A DNA stretch of 15,508 nucleotides from Fibrobacteria bacterium (GTDB lineage: Bacteria; Fibrobacterota; Fibrobacteria; UBA11236), in assembly GCA_041746255.1 (NCBI GenBank), contig JBGTHM010000004.1, forward strand, positions 1-15,508, given 5' to 3'. The position numbers and the translations under genes were made by a program. Of this stretch, positions 14,869 to 15,508 are shown in pieces. The notes beneath the pieces were generated by a model, which saw only the letters and a program-made list of their open reading frames with translations, was not told the origin of the DNA and did not search any database. Every line of letters starts with the position of its first letter. Position 1 is the first letter of the stretch.

Positions 14869-15023
14869 AATAATTGAATAGAGAGGCGCCGAATACACGC
14901 AATTTTTATAAATAACGATTCTGTTCCGTAGTGGACAAAAGTAGTTTCGGACTGATTTCCATACCGTCCTATTGGGTACACGGTAAGACTTTAAATTGAG
15001 GCCATGCTCTTCTTGGAAATCGT

Positions 15024-15065
15024 TGGCACGGCCCCCGAAATGTAGGTCTAGGACAGTGAGAGTTT
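15024..15065. repeat. Orphan IS3-family right-end-like sequence
   Basis: TGGCACGGCCCCCGAAATGTAGGTCTAGGACAGTGAGAGTTT aligns with 15075-15115 at 30/42 positions (one gap). Confidence 0.6.
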
Positions 15066-15074
15066 TCCTTGGGA

Positions 15075-15508
15075 TGACCCGCCCCCCGAAACTAGATCAA
15101 ACTCTGTGATAGTTTCGACCCTTCTAAATTCGCGAATTCCCATGGGGTAAGGGTTCCGTGAGCTCCATGGGGTCTGTTACAATTATAATCATTACGCCAC
15201 TCCTCCAGGATAATTCTGGCTTCGTCCAAGGTGGCGAAAATATGGGTATTCAAGCATTCATCCCTGAGTCTGCCATTGAAGGATTCCGAAAATCCATTTT
15301 CCACCGGCTTGCCGGGACGAATGAATGCTAGTTCCACCCTTCGCCTAAATGCCCAGATATCCATTTCCTTCGAATAGAATTCGGTGCCATTATCAACTGT
15401 AATGGATTTAGGGAGCCGGCGCTCAAAGGAAATGCGCTCTAGAAAATCTGCTACCCTTTTTCCCGTCAAGCTATAATCAGCAAGGAGTCCGGGACACTCC
15501 CGCGTATA
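15075..15508 (-). mobile_element. Right part of a second IS3-family element (IS407-group-like), continuing beyond the window
   Basis: IRR reads TGACCCGCCCCCCGAAACTAGATCA from 15075; the transposase C-terminus ends inside the IR. Confidence 0.88.
15092..15508 (-). CDS. IS3-family (IS407-group) transposase OrfB, C-terminal part (5'-partial at window edge)
   Basis: The frame is open to the window end: [19 protein letters not shown]...ITVDNGTEF...[26 protein letters not shown]...[12 protein letters not shown]. Confidence 0.93.
   Translation of the reverse strand, partial: YTRECPGLLADYSLTGKRVADFLERISFERRLPKSITVDNGTEFYSKEMDIWAFRRRVELAFIRPGKPVENGFSESFNGRLRDECLNTHIFATLDEARIILEEWRNDYNCNRPHGAHGTLTPWEFANLEGSKLSQSLI

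Noticed and set aside
14921..14960. Another IS end at CTGTTCCGTAGTGGACAAAAG
   Set aside because: Composition shifts here, but no partner inverted repeat or transposase is found in the window.

Overview
Accessory, island-like bacterial segment bounded by insertion sequences. Left edge: the terminal repeats of an IS21-family element (tip at 138) interrupt a chromate transporter (chrA), leaving its 3' half. Next come a CYP152 fatty-acid peroxygenase, a vapBC toxin-antitoxin pair and a beta-CASP metallo-beta-lactamase RNase that is divergent from an HPF/RaiA-cold-shock-domain fusion. These are followed by an orphan PAS-GAF-PAS-PAS hybrid histidine kinase and an arsenic cluster, arsM-arsR-acr3-arsC, with two near-identical ArsR operator/promoters. 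The ars cluster is extended by a translationally coupled, exported monoheme cytochrome c with a T9SS-like C-terminal tail, then a GluR0-like ligand-gated K+ channel. A complete IS3-family element (12801-14048, no target duplication) separates this block from an AT-richer stretch. That stretch holds a small putative winged-helix regulator, an orphan IS end and the 3' part of a second IS3-family (IS407-group) element running off the window. The most novel-looking feature is the cytochrome c, and possibly the channel, appended to the ars operon. Three genes also appear to be leaderless. Family assignments come from motif recognition; no database searches were run.
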